Origin: Pecten maximus | Taxonomy: Eukaryota | Reading direction: 5' to 3' | Assembly: GCF_902652985.1 (NCBI RefSeq) | Contig: NC_047028.1 | Span: 37,386,001 to 37,450,000 of the forward strand | Length of the DNA stretch: 64,000 bases | Shown here: positions 11,929-23,689 of the stretch, in pieces | Layout: each line of letters opens with the position of its first letter | How positions within the stretch are numbered: the first letter of the stretch is position 1 | Notes under the pieces: model-generated | Told to the model about the DNA's origin: nothing | Database searches by the model: none | What the model saw: the letters and a program-made list of their open reading frames with translations, nothing else | Position numbers and translations under genes: made by a program

Positions 11929-12032
11929 GCTGGGGAAGAATTGTCAACATGTCTTCCCAAATGGGGTTCATCAGCGGGCCTGGCAAAGCTCCGTACAGTG
12001 CTGTCAAAGCGGGCCTCATAGGACTAGCCAAG
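11929..12032 (+). CDS. SDR/BDH-like coding exon 4
   Basis: (G)WGRIVNMSSQMGFISGPGKAPYSAVKAGLIGLAK, containing catalytic YxxxK. Confidence 0.93.
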
Positions 12033-12113
12033 GTATGGTAGAGCAAGAGGTCATCAACAAGTGGAAGTTGAACTGTTTTATTAAACATTACCCAGACACA
12101 TTCTTACTTCAAT

Positions 12114-12333
12114 GGGGCCGCGGGGGCCGAGTGGTTGAGGTGTCCCTACACTTTATCACTAACCCTCCACCTCTGGGTTTTGAGTTCGAAACCTACGTGG
12201 GGCAGTTGCCAGGTACTGACTGTAGGCCGGTGGTTTTTCTCCTGGTACTCCGGCTTTCTTCCACCTCCAAAACCAGGCACGTCCTAAAATGACCCTGGCT
12301 GTTAATAGGACGTTAAACAAAAATAAACCAAAC
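12114..12333 (+). mobile_element. SINE family A copy
   Basis: Near-identical to 6775-6998. Confidence 0.88.
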
Positions 12334-12684
12334 ATTATGACTGTTACAGTTGTTATAAATGACATAGCTTTCCAGGCAAACATCCTAGTGCATGCTAGTG
12401 CAATACATGTGTTTTTTTCTGCAGAACTTATTGGGTTTTTTTTAACAGCTATAAATAAATACCACATTAAGACAGTACAGTGTTTATAATTACATTCATT
12501 ACACATTTTCCTGTCTTTTGTTGATTTTAATTTGATTTTAACTGAAATCATTTATTCAGTTCTGACTCTGGTTGGAACAGTCATCATGACTTTTATGGTT
12601 GTCTCCCCCTGGCTAGAGTTACAACAATGTATTGGGTAGACAAGGACAAGTTAGTTTTAAGGGTGGCCAGTCTAATTAAAATCC

Positions 12685-13046
12685 AGATGGTCATTCTTAT
12701 TACGTTAAATGAACATCTAACAACATCCCATTAGGGGTCACGTCGGGGTGACCTTTTTGATTAGTCAATCAAATGACTACTTCCAGAATCTTGGAAGTGA
12801 ATTTTTCGTGCGAATTAGCATGACTAGAGTGCATAGCTTGCATAATCTGTCAATTTGTTTTAAGTCATTTTGTCGCATGAAGCATATAGGTATATACGTA
12901 CTGTGCCGAAATGGTTTGCTTAGCTGACATTGACAAATTGACAATTCGCCCTGAAAGTAAAATACACAAATCTCAAAGGTCATCAGAACGTGACCCCTTA
13001 TGGGATGTTGTTAGATGTTCATGTAACGTAGTGAGAATGACCATCT
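12685..13046. mobile_element. MITE with about 60-bp TIRs
   Basis: AGATGGTCATTCT...CATCTAACAACATCCCAT.AGGGGTCACGT is mirrored at 12989-13046. Confidence 0.78.
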
Positions 13047-13354
13047 AGATTGAATGGTGGCATTCTCATGCAAATAAAAGCTGTATAAACAACCAAAATC
13101 TGAGACACCTATGTGCCTACCTGAGTGACAGTTCAATGGTTAATGTCCAACAAAATAAATCTCTCCAAGGGTGCATTGTGGTTCCCTCTATAACATGAGG
13201 TGATATATGTCTCTATGAACAATTGTTTTATCAACATTTAAATATTTCTGTTGTAAAGTTACAGAATAACTACATTTAAACATCTTATACGTTTACTACC
13301 ATATCATACAATAAATGACAGCTACTCTGGTGGAGGAATAGATTAATATCCATT

Positions 13355-13770
13355 AATGTTATATGATACTATATATTAAATGATATTATATGATACTATA
13401 TATTAAATGATATTATATGATACTATATATTAAATGATATTATATGATACTATATATTAAATGATATTATATGATACTATATGTTAAATGATATTATATG
13501 ATACTATATGTTAAATGATATTATATGATACTATATATTAAATGATATTATATGATACTATATATTAAATGATATTATATGATACTATATATTAAATGAT
13601 ATTATATGATACTATATATTAAATGATATTATATGATACTATATGTTAAATGATATTATATGATACTATATGTTAAATGATATTATATGATACTATATAT
13701 TAAATGATATTATATGATACTATATATTAAATGATATTATACAATACTATATATTAAATGATATTATATT
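13355..13770. repeat. 27-bp AT-rich minisatellite (about 15 copies)
   Basis: TATATGATACTATATATTAAATGATAT. Confidence 0.93.
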
Positions 13771-14471
13771 TAAGGATTGAATCTTGATTTGGTCGATTTC
13801 ATGGGGTCATGAATTGAGTTGCTCTTGAGACAAATTTAATGAACTGCAAAGCAGTTCATGTTGAATAGTTGGTAGTTTCATTGAATCCAACTTGAGTAGA
13901 AATTGAAATATAATACTATATATCCAATGATATTACATAATACTATACATGTGTGTTACTATATATCCACTAATAGTATTTAATGTTACGAGCTCTGGTC
14001 TCTGACGTGTCTGATACTGTATACATTATTCTTTAACTGCCAGGTGTAAGTAAATGAGATCAGGCAAAAATAAATATTTGTTTCTGATCTCCCTTTTCCT
14101 CCTTAACTTCTTATAGTGTAGACCTAGTACATTTTAGCTTATCTTAGACAAACACTGTAAAATCTGTTGTATACTAATATAACATTGGTAGGATGAACAG
14201 AAACATTTGCCTACATACCAAAGCTAATTATGTTTGTAATGATAGCAGAAATAAGTATTAGGCTTGGCCTGATAATGATAAGGTACTGGCCTGATAATGA
14301 TAAGGTACTGGCTTCAGCCTGTCTATCCCGTATATCAGGAAGCAGGTGTGCATGTAATGATGTAAAATCATTTCTATATCCTCATCAAAATTGACACAAG
14401 TATAATGTTGTGGCATGGTCTTTGTGTATGTATATGTGTGTGAGAGTGAGGGTGTGTTTTGTTATTGGGAG

Positions 14472-14618
14472 CACAGGCGCTTGCATAGAAAATGTGATTT
14501 TCATTTTTTTTTTATTTGACAGTGGTATGTGTAATCTGTTAAGAGCTTAACAGATTACACATACCACTGTCAAATAAAAAAAAAATTGAAAATCACATTT
14601 TCTATTCAAGCGCCTGTG
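14472..14618. mobile_element. Palindromic MITE, CACAG termini, 8-bp TSD (P/hAT-like)
   Basis: The whole element is a hairpin; TSD ATTGGGAG at 14464-14471 and 14619-14626. Confidence 0.85.
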
Positions 14619-14621
14619 ATT

Positions 14622-17600
14622 GGGAGTGGTCTTGGAGAGAGGTTACTGTAACTAAATGTGAGTGTGTGTTTACAGGGAGTGGCCTTGGAGGAAGGTTACT
14701 GTAACTAAATGTGAGTGTTTGATTACAGGGAGTGGCCTTGGAGGAAGGTTACTGTAACTAAATGTGGGTGTTAGATTACAGGGAGTGGCCTTGGAGGAAG
14801 GTTACTGTAACTAAATGTGGGTGTTAGATTACAGGGAGTGGCCTTGGAGGGAGGTTACTGTAACTAAATGTGGGTGTTAGATTACAGGGAGTGGCCTTGG
14901 AGGAAGGTTACTGTAACTAAATGTGGGTGTTTGTTTACAGGGAGTGGCCTTGGAGGAAGGTTACTGTAACTAAATGTGAGTGTTTGATTACAGGGAGTGA
15001 CCTTGGAGGGAGGTTACTGTAACTAAATGTGGGTGTTAGATTACAGGGAGTGGCCTTGGAGGAAGGTTACTGTAACTAAATGTGAATGTTTGATTACAGG
15101 GAGTGGCCTTGGAGGAAGGTTACTGTCACTAAATGTGGGTGTTTGTTTATAGGGAGTGGCCTTGGAGGAAGGTTACTGTAACTAAATGTGGGTGTTAGAT
15201 TACAGGGAGTGGCCTTGGAGGAAGGTTACTGTAACTAAATGTGAATGTTAGATTACAGGGAGTGACCTTGGAGGGAGGTTACTGTCACTAAATGTGAGTG
15301 TTTGATTACAGGGAGTGACCTTGGAGGAAGGTTACTGTCACTAAATGTGGGTGTTAGATTACAGGGAGTGGCCTTGGAGGGAGGTTACTGTAACTAAATG
15401 TGGGTGTTTGTTTATAGGGAGTGGCCTTGGAGGAAGGTTACTGTAACTAAATGTGGGTGTTAGATTACAGGGAGTGACCTTGGAGGAAGGGTACTGTCAC
15501 TAAATGTGGGTGTTTGTTTACAGGGAGTGGCCTTGGAGGAAGGTTACTGTAACTAAATGTGAGTGTTAGATTACAGGGAGTGGCCTTGGAGGGAGGTTAC
15601 TGTAACTAAATGTGAGTGTTTGTTTACAGGGAGTGGCCTTGGAGGAAGGTTACTGTAACTAAATGTGGGTGTTAGATTACAGGGAGTGACCTTGGAGGAA
15701 GGGTACTGTCACTAAATGTGGGTGTTTGTTTACAGGGAGTGGCCTTGGAGGAAGGTTACTGTAACTAAATGTGAGTGTTTGTTTACAGGGAGTGGCCTTG
15801 GAGGGAGGTTACTGTAACTAAATGTGAGTGTTTGTTTACAGGGAGTGGCCTTGGAGGAAGGTTACTGTAACTAAATGTGGGTGTTAGATTACAGGGAGTG
15901 GTCTTGGAGGGAGGTTACTGTAACTAAATGTGGGTGTTAGATTACAGGGAGTGGCCTTGGAGGAAGGTTACTGTAACTAAATGTGAGTGTTTGATTACAG
16001 GGAGTGGCCTTGGAGGGAGGTTACTGTAACTAAATGTGGGTGTTTGTTTATAGGGAGTGGCCTTGGAGGAAGGTTACTGTAACTAAATGTGGGTGTTAGA
16101 TTACAGGGAGTGACCTTGGAGGAAGGGTACTGTCACTAAATGTGGGTGTTTGTTTACAGGGAGTGGCCTTGGAGGAAGGTTACTGTAACTAAATGTGAGT
16201 GTTAGATTACAGGGAGTGACCTTGGAGGGAGGTTACTGTAACTAAATGTGAGTGTTTGATTACAGGGAGTGGCCTTGGAGGAAGGTTACTGTCACTAAAT
16301 GTGAGTGTTTGTTTACAGGGAGTGGCCTTGGAGGAAGGTTACTGTAACTAAATGTGGGTGTTAGATTACAGGGAGTGGCCTTGGAGGAAGGTTACTGTAA
16401 CTAAATGTGAGTGTTTGTTTACAGGGAGTGGCCTTGGAGGAAGGTTACTGTAACTAAATGTGGGTGTTTGATTACAGGGAGTGGCCTTGGAGGAAGGTTA
16501 CTGTCACTAAATGTGAGTGTTTGTTTTCAGGGAGTGGCCTTGGAGGAAGGTTACTGTAACTAAATGTGAGTGTTTGTTTACAGGGAGTGGCCTTGGAGGA
16601 AGGTTACTGTAACTAAATGTGGGTGTTTGATTACAGGGAGTGGCCTTGGAGGAAGGTTACTGTCACTAAATGTGAGTGTTTGTTTACAGGGAGTGGCCTT
16701 GGAGGAAGGTTACTGTAACTAAATGTGGGTGTTAGATTACAGGGAGTGGCCTTGGAGGAAGGTTACTGTAACTAAATGTGAGTGTTTGTTTACCGGGAGT
16801 GGCCTTGGGGGAAGGTTACTGTAACTAAATGTGGGTGTTTGTTTACAGGGAGTGACCTTGGAGGAAGGTTACAGTAACTAAATGTGGGTGTTAGATTACA
16901 GGGAGTGACCTTGGAGGAAGGGTACTGTCACTAAATGTGGGTGTTTGTTTACAGGGAGTGGCCTTGGAGGAAGGTTACTGTAACTAAATGTGGGTGTTTG
17001 ATTACAGGGAGTGGCCTTGGAGGAAGGTTACTGTCACTAAATGTGAGTGTTTGTTTTCAGGGAGTGGCCTTGGAGGAAGGTTACTGTAACTAAATGTGAG
17101 TGTTTGTTTACAGGGAGTGGCCTTGGAGGAAGGTTACTGTAACTAAATGTGGGTGTTTGATTACAGGGAGTGGCCTTGGAGGAAGGTTACTGTCACTAAA
17201 TGTGAGTGTTTGTTTACAGGGAGTGGCCTTGGAGGAAGGTTACTGTAACTAAATGTGGGTGTTAGATTACAGGGAGTGGCCTTGGAGGAAGGTTACTGTA
17301 ACTAAATGTGAGTGTTTGTTTACCGGGAGTGGCCTTGGGGGAAGGTTACTGTAACTAAATGTGGGTGTTTGTTTACAGGGAGTGACCTTGGAGGAAGGTT
17401 ACAGTAACTAAATGTGGGTGTTAGATTACAGGGAGTGACCTTGGAGGGAGGTTACTGTAACTAAATGTGAGTGTTTGATTACAGGGAGTGGCCTTGGGGG
17501 AAGGTTACTGTAACTAAATGTGGGTGTTTGTTTATAGGGAGTGGCCTTGGAGGAAGGTTACAGTAACTAAATGTGGGTGTTTGATTACAGGGAGTGACCT

Positions 17601-17935
17601 TGGAGGAAGGTTACAGTAACTAAATGTGGGTGTTAGATTACAGGGAGTGGCCTTGGAGGAAGGTTACTGTCACTAAATGTGAGTGTTTGATTACAGGGAG
17701 TGGCCTTGGAGGAAGGTTACTGAAACTAAATGTGAGTGTTAGATTACAGGGAGTGGCCTTGGAGGAAGGTTACTGTAACTAAATGTGAGTGTTAATTTGA
17801 TTACAGGGAGTGGCTTTGGAGGAAGGTTACTGTAACTAAATGTGGGTGTTTGTTTACAGGGAGTGGCCTTGGAGGAAGGTTACTGTAACTAAATGTGAGT
17901 GTTAATTTGATTACAGGGAGTGGCCTTGGAGGAAG
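14622..17935. repeat. 53-bp tandem array (about 62 copies) of the SDR intron 4/exon 5 junction
   Basis: GTTACTGTAACTAAATGTGRGTGTTWGWTTACAG|GGAGTGGCCTTGGAGGAAG. Confidence 0.97.
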
Positions 17936-17989
17936 CAGCTCATGGAATAACCTGTAATTGTATATGCCCGGGCTTTGCAGATGCACCAA
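17917..17989 (+). CDS. SDR/BDH-like coding exon 5
   Basis: GVALEEAAHGITCNCICPGFADAP. Its acceptor is the last unit of the 53-bp array; donor A|GTAACT. Confidence 0.9.
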
Positions 17990-18277
17990 GTAACTATTTG
18001 CTTTTATTTTCGTAATGTAGAGTGCATTTTGAAAAGTTTGATGCCTGTTCTTAGATACCATGGATTGAAAAGAAGAATAAGAAATTACGTATCTGAGTTC
18101 TTGATGTTTAAATCTAAATAGAGTCTTTCATTGTTTTCTGTTTGTTTTAGTTGTAAGACAAACATAATCAAGATTTTGTTTTTAATAATTTAAATTGGGT
18201 CATAAATTTATTGAATGTAAAATCTTCCTCTTGGCATGAATTTCAAAAGTCAGTTTTGCTTGTTTGTTTTAAATGAC

Positions 18278-18446
18278 ACTATTTACACTAAATTTACACT
18301 AAATTTACACTATTTTACACTATTTTACACTAAATTTATGCTATTTTACACTAAATTTACACTATTTTACACTAAATTTACACTATTTAACACTAAATTT
18401 ATGCTATTTTACACTAAATTTACACTATTTTACACTAAATTTACAT
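18278..18446. repeat. 21-bp repeat immediately before SDR exon 6
   Basis: CTATTTTACACTAAATTTACA. Confidence 0.88.
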
Positions 18447-18456
18447 TATGTTGTAG

Positions 18457-18518
18457 TATTTACAATGACTGCTGAGAAGTTAGCCAGGGAACAGAACATA
18501 TCGACAGAAGAAGCATTG
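18457..18518 (+). CDS. SDR/BDH-like coding exon 6
   Basis: (I)FTMTAEKLAREQNISTEEAL; ttgtag acceptor, GTAATA donor. Confidence 0.85.
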
Positions 18519-18619
18519 GTAATATACCTTATCAGGATTGACCTGCAATACTATGATGTATTGTACAGACTAGTGTCCAGGTTACTGTGGATATATTGTC
18601 TTGGTTATTGCAAAATACC

Positions 18620-19860
18620 AGTACTGTTATGTTCCCTTGGTTACCGTCATAATACATTCCTATTCCTAACCAACAATGGTACTGTAAATCCCATTGGTTA
18701 CCACAATGATACGCTCCAGTTCCCATGGTTACTACATTGATACGCCAAGTTCCTATGATTAACACAATATTATGTTCCGGTTTGCTTGGCCATGGTTACC
18801 ACAATTATAAGTTTCTGTTCCCATATGGTTATCACAATAATATGCTCCAGTTCCCATGGCTACTACATTGATACGCTCCAGTTCCCATGGTTACTACATT
18901 GATACGCTAAGTTCCTATGGCTACCACAATAATAATACTCCAGTTTCGATGGTTACCACAAGATATGCTATAGTTCCCATGGTTACTACAATGATACACT
19001 CAGTTCCTATGGTTACCATGATATTGTGTTCCGGTTATCATGACTATGGTTACCACAGTTATGCATTCCAGTTCCTATAGTTATCACAGTGATACGCCCT
19101 AGTTCCAATGGTTACCACAATGATATGCTCCAGTTTCCATGGTTATCACAGTGATGCACTCCAGTTCCAATGGTTACAACGATATGCTCCAGTTCCCATG
19201 GATACCACAAGAATACATTATCGTTCCTAATCCTACAATGGTACTGTAAAAATCACATTAGTTTCCACAATGATACGCTCCATTTCCCATCGTTACCACA
19301 ACGATACGCCCAGTTCCCATGGATATCACAATAAAATGATCCAGTTCCCATAGTTGCGGCGATGATACACCTAGTTCCCATGGTTACCACAATAAAATTG
19401 TTCCTGTTGCCATGGTTACAACATTGATACACTCCTGTTCCCATGGTTACCACAATACGCTCCAGTTGCCATGGGCAACCCAAAAATACATTCCCGTTCC
19501 TAATCCCAGAATGGCACTGTAAAAATCACATTGGTCGCAACAATGATACGCTCCAGTTCCCATTGTTACCATAATGATATGCTTCCTTTCCCATGGTTAC
19601 GGCAATACTACTTCCGGTTCATATGGTTACGACATTGATACACCTAGTTCTCATGGTTCCCATTGATACTACAATAATACTTTCCCGTTCCTAATCCCAG
19701 AATTATACTGTGAAAATCCCATTGGTTAAAACAATGTTATGTTCCCGTTACCATGGCCACCACAATGATACAACCACAATAGTATGGTCAAGTTCCCATC
19801 AATACCACAATAATAGTCATGTTTTGATAATGGCAGTGTCCAACTCCCATGGTTATCAAA
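18620..19860. repeat. Old degenerate about 33-bp tandem repeat
   Basis: GTTCCCATGGTTACCACAATGATACGCTCCA variants. Confidence 0.85.
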
Positions 19861-19999
19861 ATATTAGGGATATGTTGGATAAACATGTAGAAAATGACAT
19901 CAAGTCTAAGAAGTTTTTATTATTTTTTTGAACCATGAAATAAAAACTCATTTAAGATGCTAAATGCACATATAAACATGTATATTGACTTTATTATAG

Positions 20000-20050
20000 A
20001 GGAGAGGCTTTGCGAAAAATCCAACAGGAAAACCAGTCAAGATCTCGGAG
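20000..20050 (+). CDS. SDR/BDH-like coding exon 7
   Basis: RRGFAKNPTGKPVKISE; ttatag acceptor, GAG|GTAAAC donor, phase 0 at both ends. Confidence 0.82.
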
Positions 20051-20488
20051 GTAAACAAATACATGACCGAAATTATTATGTTGTTGTTGTTTGTTTTTTT
20101 TAGAAATAGATTTAAGTTTGTGCCTAGGACATTTTACAAAATGATGAATTGACATTACGTGTCAAAATATGAAGCAATAGCTTACAATGTATATAAAGCA
20201 TGATTTTCTTCAATTGTTACGTCATTGGAAATTTGATAGTGTGGTTACTGTCAGATAGAAGCCCGCCCTTATTGGGTGTAAAGCTCAGCGTAGACTTTAC
20301 CTTATATAACAATTACAATGGTGGTCTTCAAACTTTCATAATTTCTCTTTTTATCTTCTTTGATTTTTTTATGTAAAAAATAATACTTTTATCGTTCGAA
20401 AATTAACTGCTAAAAATCTGTAATCTCCCAATTGGTGGTCATCCGCCAAATGGTAGGTAAATATGTGTTTTAGCGGCCACACGCACAC

Positions 20489-20878
20489 GGCTACAGTACA
20501 GAGGATGGTCCGAAAATCACCATTAATTATAATTTTAGTTGCGGGTACAGTATAGAGGATGATCCGAAGAACGCCTTTAATTATGATTTTAGTTGCGGGT
20601 ACAGTATAGAGGATGGTCCGAAGAACGCCTTTAATTATGCTTTTAGTTACGGGTACAGTATAGAGGATGGTCCGAAGATCACCTTTAATTATGATTTAGT
20701 TACGGGTACAGTATAGAGGATGGTCCGAAGATCACCTTTAATTATGATTTTAGTTGCGGGTACAGTATAGAGGATGGTCCAAAGATCGCGTTTAATTATG
20801 ATTTTAGTATAAACGGATACAGTATAGAGGATGGTCCGAAGATCACCTTTAATTATGATTTTAGTTACGGATACAGTT
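20489..20878. repeat. 54-bp tandem repeat (about 7 copies)
   Basis: GGGTACAGTATAGAGGATGGTCCGAAGATCACCTTTAATTATGATTTTAGTT. Confidence 0.9.
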
Positions 20879-21156
20879 TTGTGAATAGAAAACTACATCA
20901 GGTAGCTGTTTCTCCCCTTCATCAGCGATGATAGGGTTCAAAATATTCTTTTTTTCAATTTTTAAACCGAATTATTCTTATTCTCAAATATGTCGTCTCC
21001 ATTGAATGATAGATTGTGCTTAACGTTCATTAGGCTTAGGGTATTCTATCGTCTGTTTTAAAGACGCTCATGGTTTTCTATAAAAGTATGGAATTAAAAT
21101 AACAAAACGTTCTTCATGTAACCTTGGAAATTTGAAATGCGTCTCTCTCTCCTCAG

Positions 21157-21249
21157 ATTGCAGAGCTGGCGATGTTCATGTGCTCGGATGCTGGAGCGAG
21201 TATGACGGGGTCAGCTGTCGTCATGGATGCTGGGTTTACATCACAGTGA
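21157..21249 (+). CDS. SDR/BDH-like last coding exon
   Basis: IAELAMFMCSDAGASMTGSAVVMDAGFTSQ*; pyrimidine tract plus cctcag acceptor; AATAAA at 21885 downstream. Confidence 0.92.
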   Translation: MAELAMFMCSDAGASMTGSAVVMDAGFTSQ

Positions 21250-21256
21250 CAAATAT

Positions 21257-21400
21257 CGAGTATGACGAGTATGACGGGGTCAGCTGTCGTCCTGGGCGAG
21301 TATGACGGGGTCAGCTGTCGTCCTGGGCGAGTATGACGGGGTCAGCTGTCGTCCTGGGCGAGTATGACGGGGTCATGAGCGTCATGGATGGTGGACTTAC
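21257..21400. repeat. 31-bp repeats of the SDR last-exon coding sequence in the 3'UTR
   Basis: GCGAGTATGACGGGGTCAGCTGTCGTC matches 21196-21222. Confidence 0.9.
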
Positions 21401-22032
21401 GTCACTTTTAGAGATTTCACCACAGAGTGTGCTAGGACTACCTCTTATACATGTATATTTTAGGATGATATGTAAACTTATTTGGTTGAACTTATAAACA
21501 AACTACATCATGGTGTTTTGTGATTATTGTCTGGTTGATATTACATAACTTGGAGATATTTATATCGTGTGTTATATTATACAATTAACTATGTATATTT
21601 GGGACTGTTGTATATATATTATGTTAAGGGAGAGAGTCCCAGTAACCTGTGTTTGTCTCCGACGAAGGAGAGTTCCGTTCAGATTTTTTCTGACTTGGAA
21701 TGTAGCTTCCCAATTTACAGTGTACTGTAGTAGAATTGTATAGGGTAGAATATATTTATTATCATTAACTTCATAAAACTGGCATCTTTAATTTGGTTTG
21801 AAAGAAGTTTGTTACATTACTGGATATATATGTAATGTTCTTGCTACTTATTTAAACCATTTGTTGAATGTATGATATGAAGAAAATAAATTTAATGGCA
21901 AAAGTTTCGGTGCTCTATTCCATAGATATTACATATATTTGTTGTTTCCAGAATAAAATCATACGGTGAAAATTCAGAATGTGTTCCGTTATAAACTAAA
22001 TATGTGGACTTATATTGTTTGTCTTAGTGAAA

Positions 22033-22246
22033 GGGAACGCTGTGGCCGAGTGGTTAAGGTGTCCCGACTCTTTATCACTAGTCCTCCACCTCTGGGTTAC
22101 GAGTTCAAAACCTACGTGGGGCAGTTGCCAGGTACTGACGTAGGTCGGTGGTTTTTCTCTGGGTACTCTGGCTTTCCTCCACCTCTAAATCCTTGCACGT
22201 CCTAAATGACCCTGGCTGTTAATAGGACGTTAAACAAAAACAAACC
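22033..22246 (+). mobile_element. SINE family A copy
   Basis: Near-identical to 6775-6998. Confidence 0.88.
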
Positions 22247-22378
22247 TCAGTGTAAATTACAAATCGATAGTAGAGGGCAGTACTTTGTCAGAATTGAAGG
22301 CTGCTGTAGTATAAGCTCAACCCGTATGGAAGAGTTTAACTGGGTACACGTATATGGGGAGGGCGCTAGGGAATATTA

Positions 22379-22577
22379 TGGTGTTCTGTTAGGGCCAAAT
22401 TTCCAATATCGCTCCTTCGAACTAAACGCGATCCTTCGCGAAGGAGCGAAAACCCGATGGCGAAGGAGCGAAGTTCCATCGCTCCTTCGCCATCGTGTTT
22501 TGCTCCTTCGCGAAGGATCGCGTTTAGTTCGAGGAGCGAAGGAGCGATATTGGAAATTTGGCCCTAACGGATCACCA
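22379..22577. mobile_element. About 200-bp near-perfect palindromic (foldback) MITE, TA-flanked
   Basis: Arms of about 95 bp around an 8-nt loop; internal CGCTCCTTCG/CGAAGGAGCG repeats. Confidence 0.82.
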
Positions 22578-23689
22578 TAGAATATAAATATGCCAACTAG
22601 AAAATGTATTTGTGCACCGACACAATACTGCAGTTTCTTGTCTGAGGGCACCTCTCCCAAAATATAAATGGAAACTGGTATTACGATCCCAAAGCTGTAA
22701 AACATAGTGAAATTGTTTCAATTTCGACATCGACTCGGGTATCATTTATTGATTTGTTAAAGTGCACCCGGAACGAAAAACGATATTCAAATATGTTATT
22801 CCATGTAACCACCACAGAAGAATGTCGCAAACCGCATCAAAATCGGTTTGCCGAGTGCCGAGATATCGCACATCAAAGTACGCGTTTTTCACCTGCGGGT
22901 CGACTGCTAATCAGCGTATCGGTCAGTCACGCTGATTTGGAACTCTTCAGTCTATGACGTCAGAGGTTTAACTGAGTAACTAAAATGATGGTCAGTAGTA
23001 TAGACGACAGTGTGAACAGTAGCAATACAAACATGTCTGAATACGATCTGGACATGAGATTTGAGGTTGATGACTTTGGCAAATATTGCCGACAAGAAGT
23101 CGAAAGCAAAAGCCCATAATTTCACGTTTCAACGAAAACACCCAACATGAATTTCGGTTTATCAAAACTTGGCGCGATGGCATTAAAACATATAGACATA
23201 CAGACAGTGCTCGCAATATGTCCTAGGCTCGGTTATAACCGGAACAAGGACGTTAAGCCCCATCAATCAATCAATCGACAGTGCGCGCTACGAGTTCACA
23301 TGCGTATGGCGCATGGTTTGGTCTGAGTGAACGTCGAATTAATCTGCAGTTCTTTGTTATTTCTTCATTTGAAATACAGAAATCTGAAATTTATTTTTAA
23401 ATAACCTCGCCTGAAACATTTCGAATAGATCTAGCTGATTTAAACTTAAATTTCTTTTTCAATTAAAACTAGAATCGCCAAGATCTGGATTATTTTCGTA
23501 TCTGTTTCAGATTATAGCGATATTTAATGTTTTGTGACTCTACCGACACATAAAATTAACATAAATGGTGTTTATATTTTGATTAACAAAACAGAAATAC
23601 CAAGTAAGTATCTAATTTTAGAATTCAAAAATAGCATCACAAAAATGCCCGTGTCTCTGCTTCTGGTCCATCTATTTTAGCTATATTCA

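Larger units (their letters stand above)
7373..21249 (+). other. Gene span: classical SDR, D-beta-hydroxybutyrate dehydrogenase-like (bacterial BdhA type), 261 aa, 8 coding exons
   Basis: Exons 7373-7527, 8915-9039, 10657-10779, 11929-12032, 17917-17989, 18457-18518, 20000-20050 and 21157-21249 total 786 nt in one open frame. Motifs: TGSTSGIG, DILINNAGVQH, GWGRIVNMSS, YSAVK, NCICPG, MTGSAVVMDAGFTSQ. Confidence 0.92.

Noticed and set aside
14622-17935. CRISPR-like appearance of the regular arrays (also 5538-6705 and 43986-44835)
   Set aside because: Units are head-to-tail with no unique spacers, there are no cas genes, and the context is eukaryotic introns.
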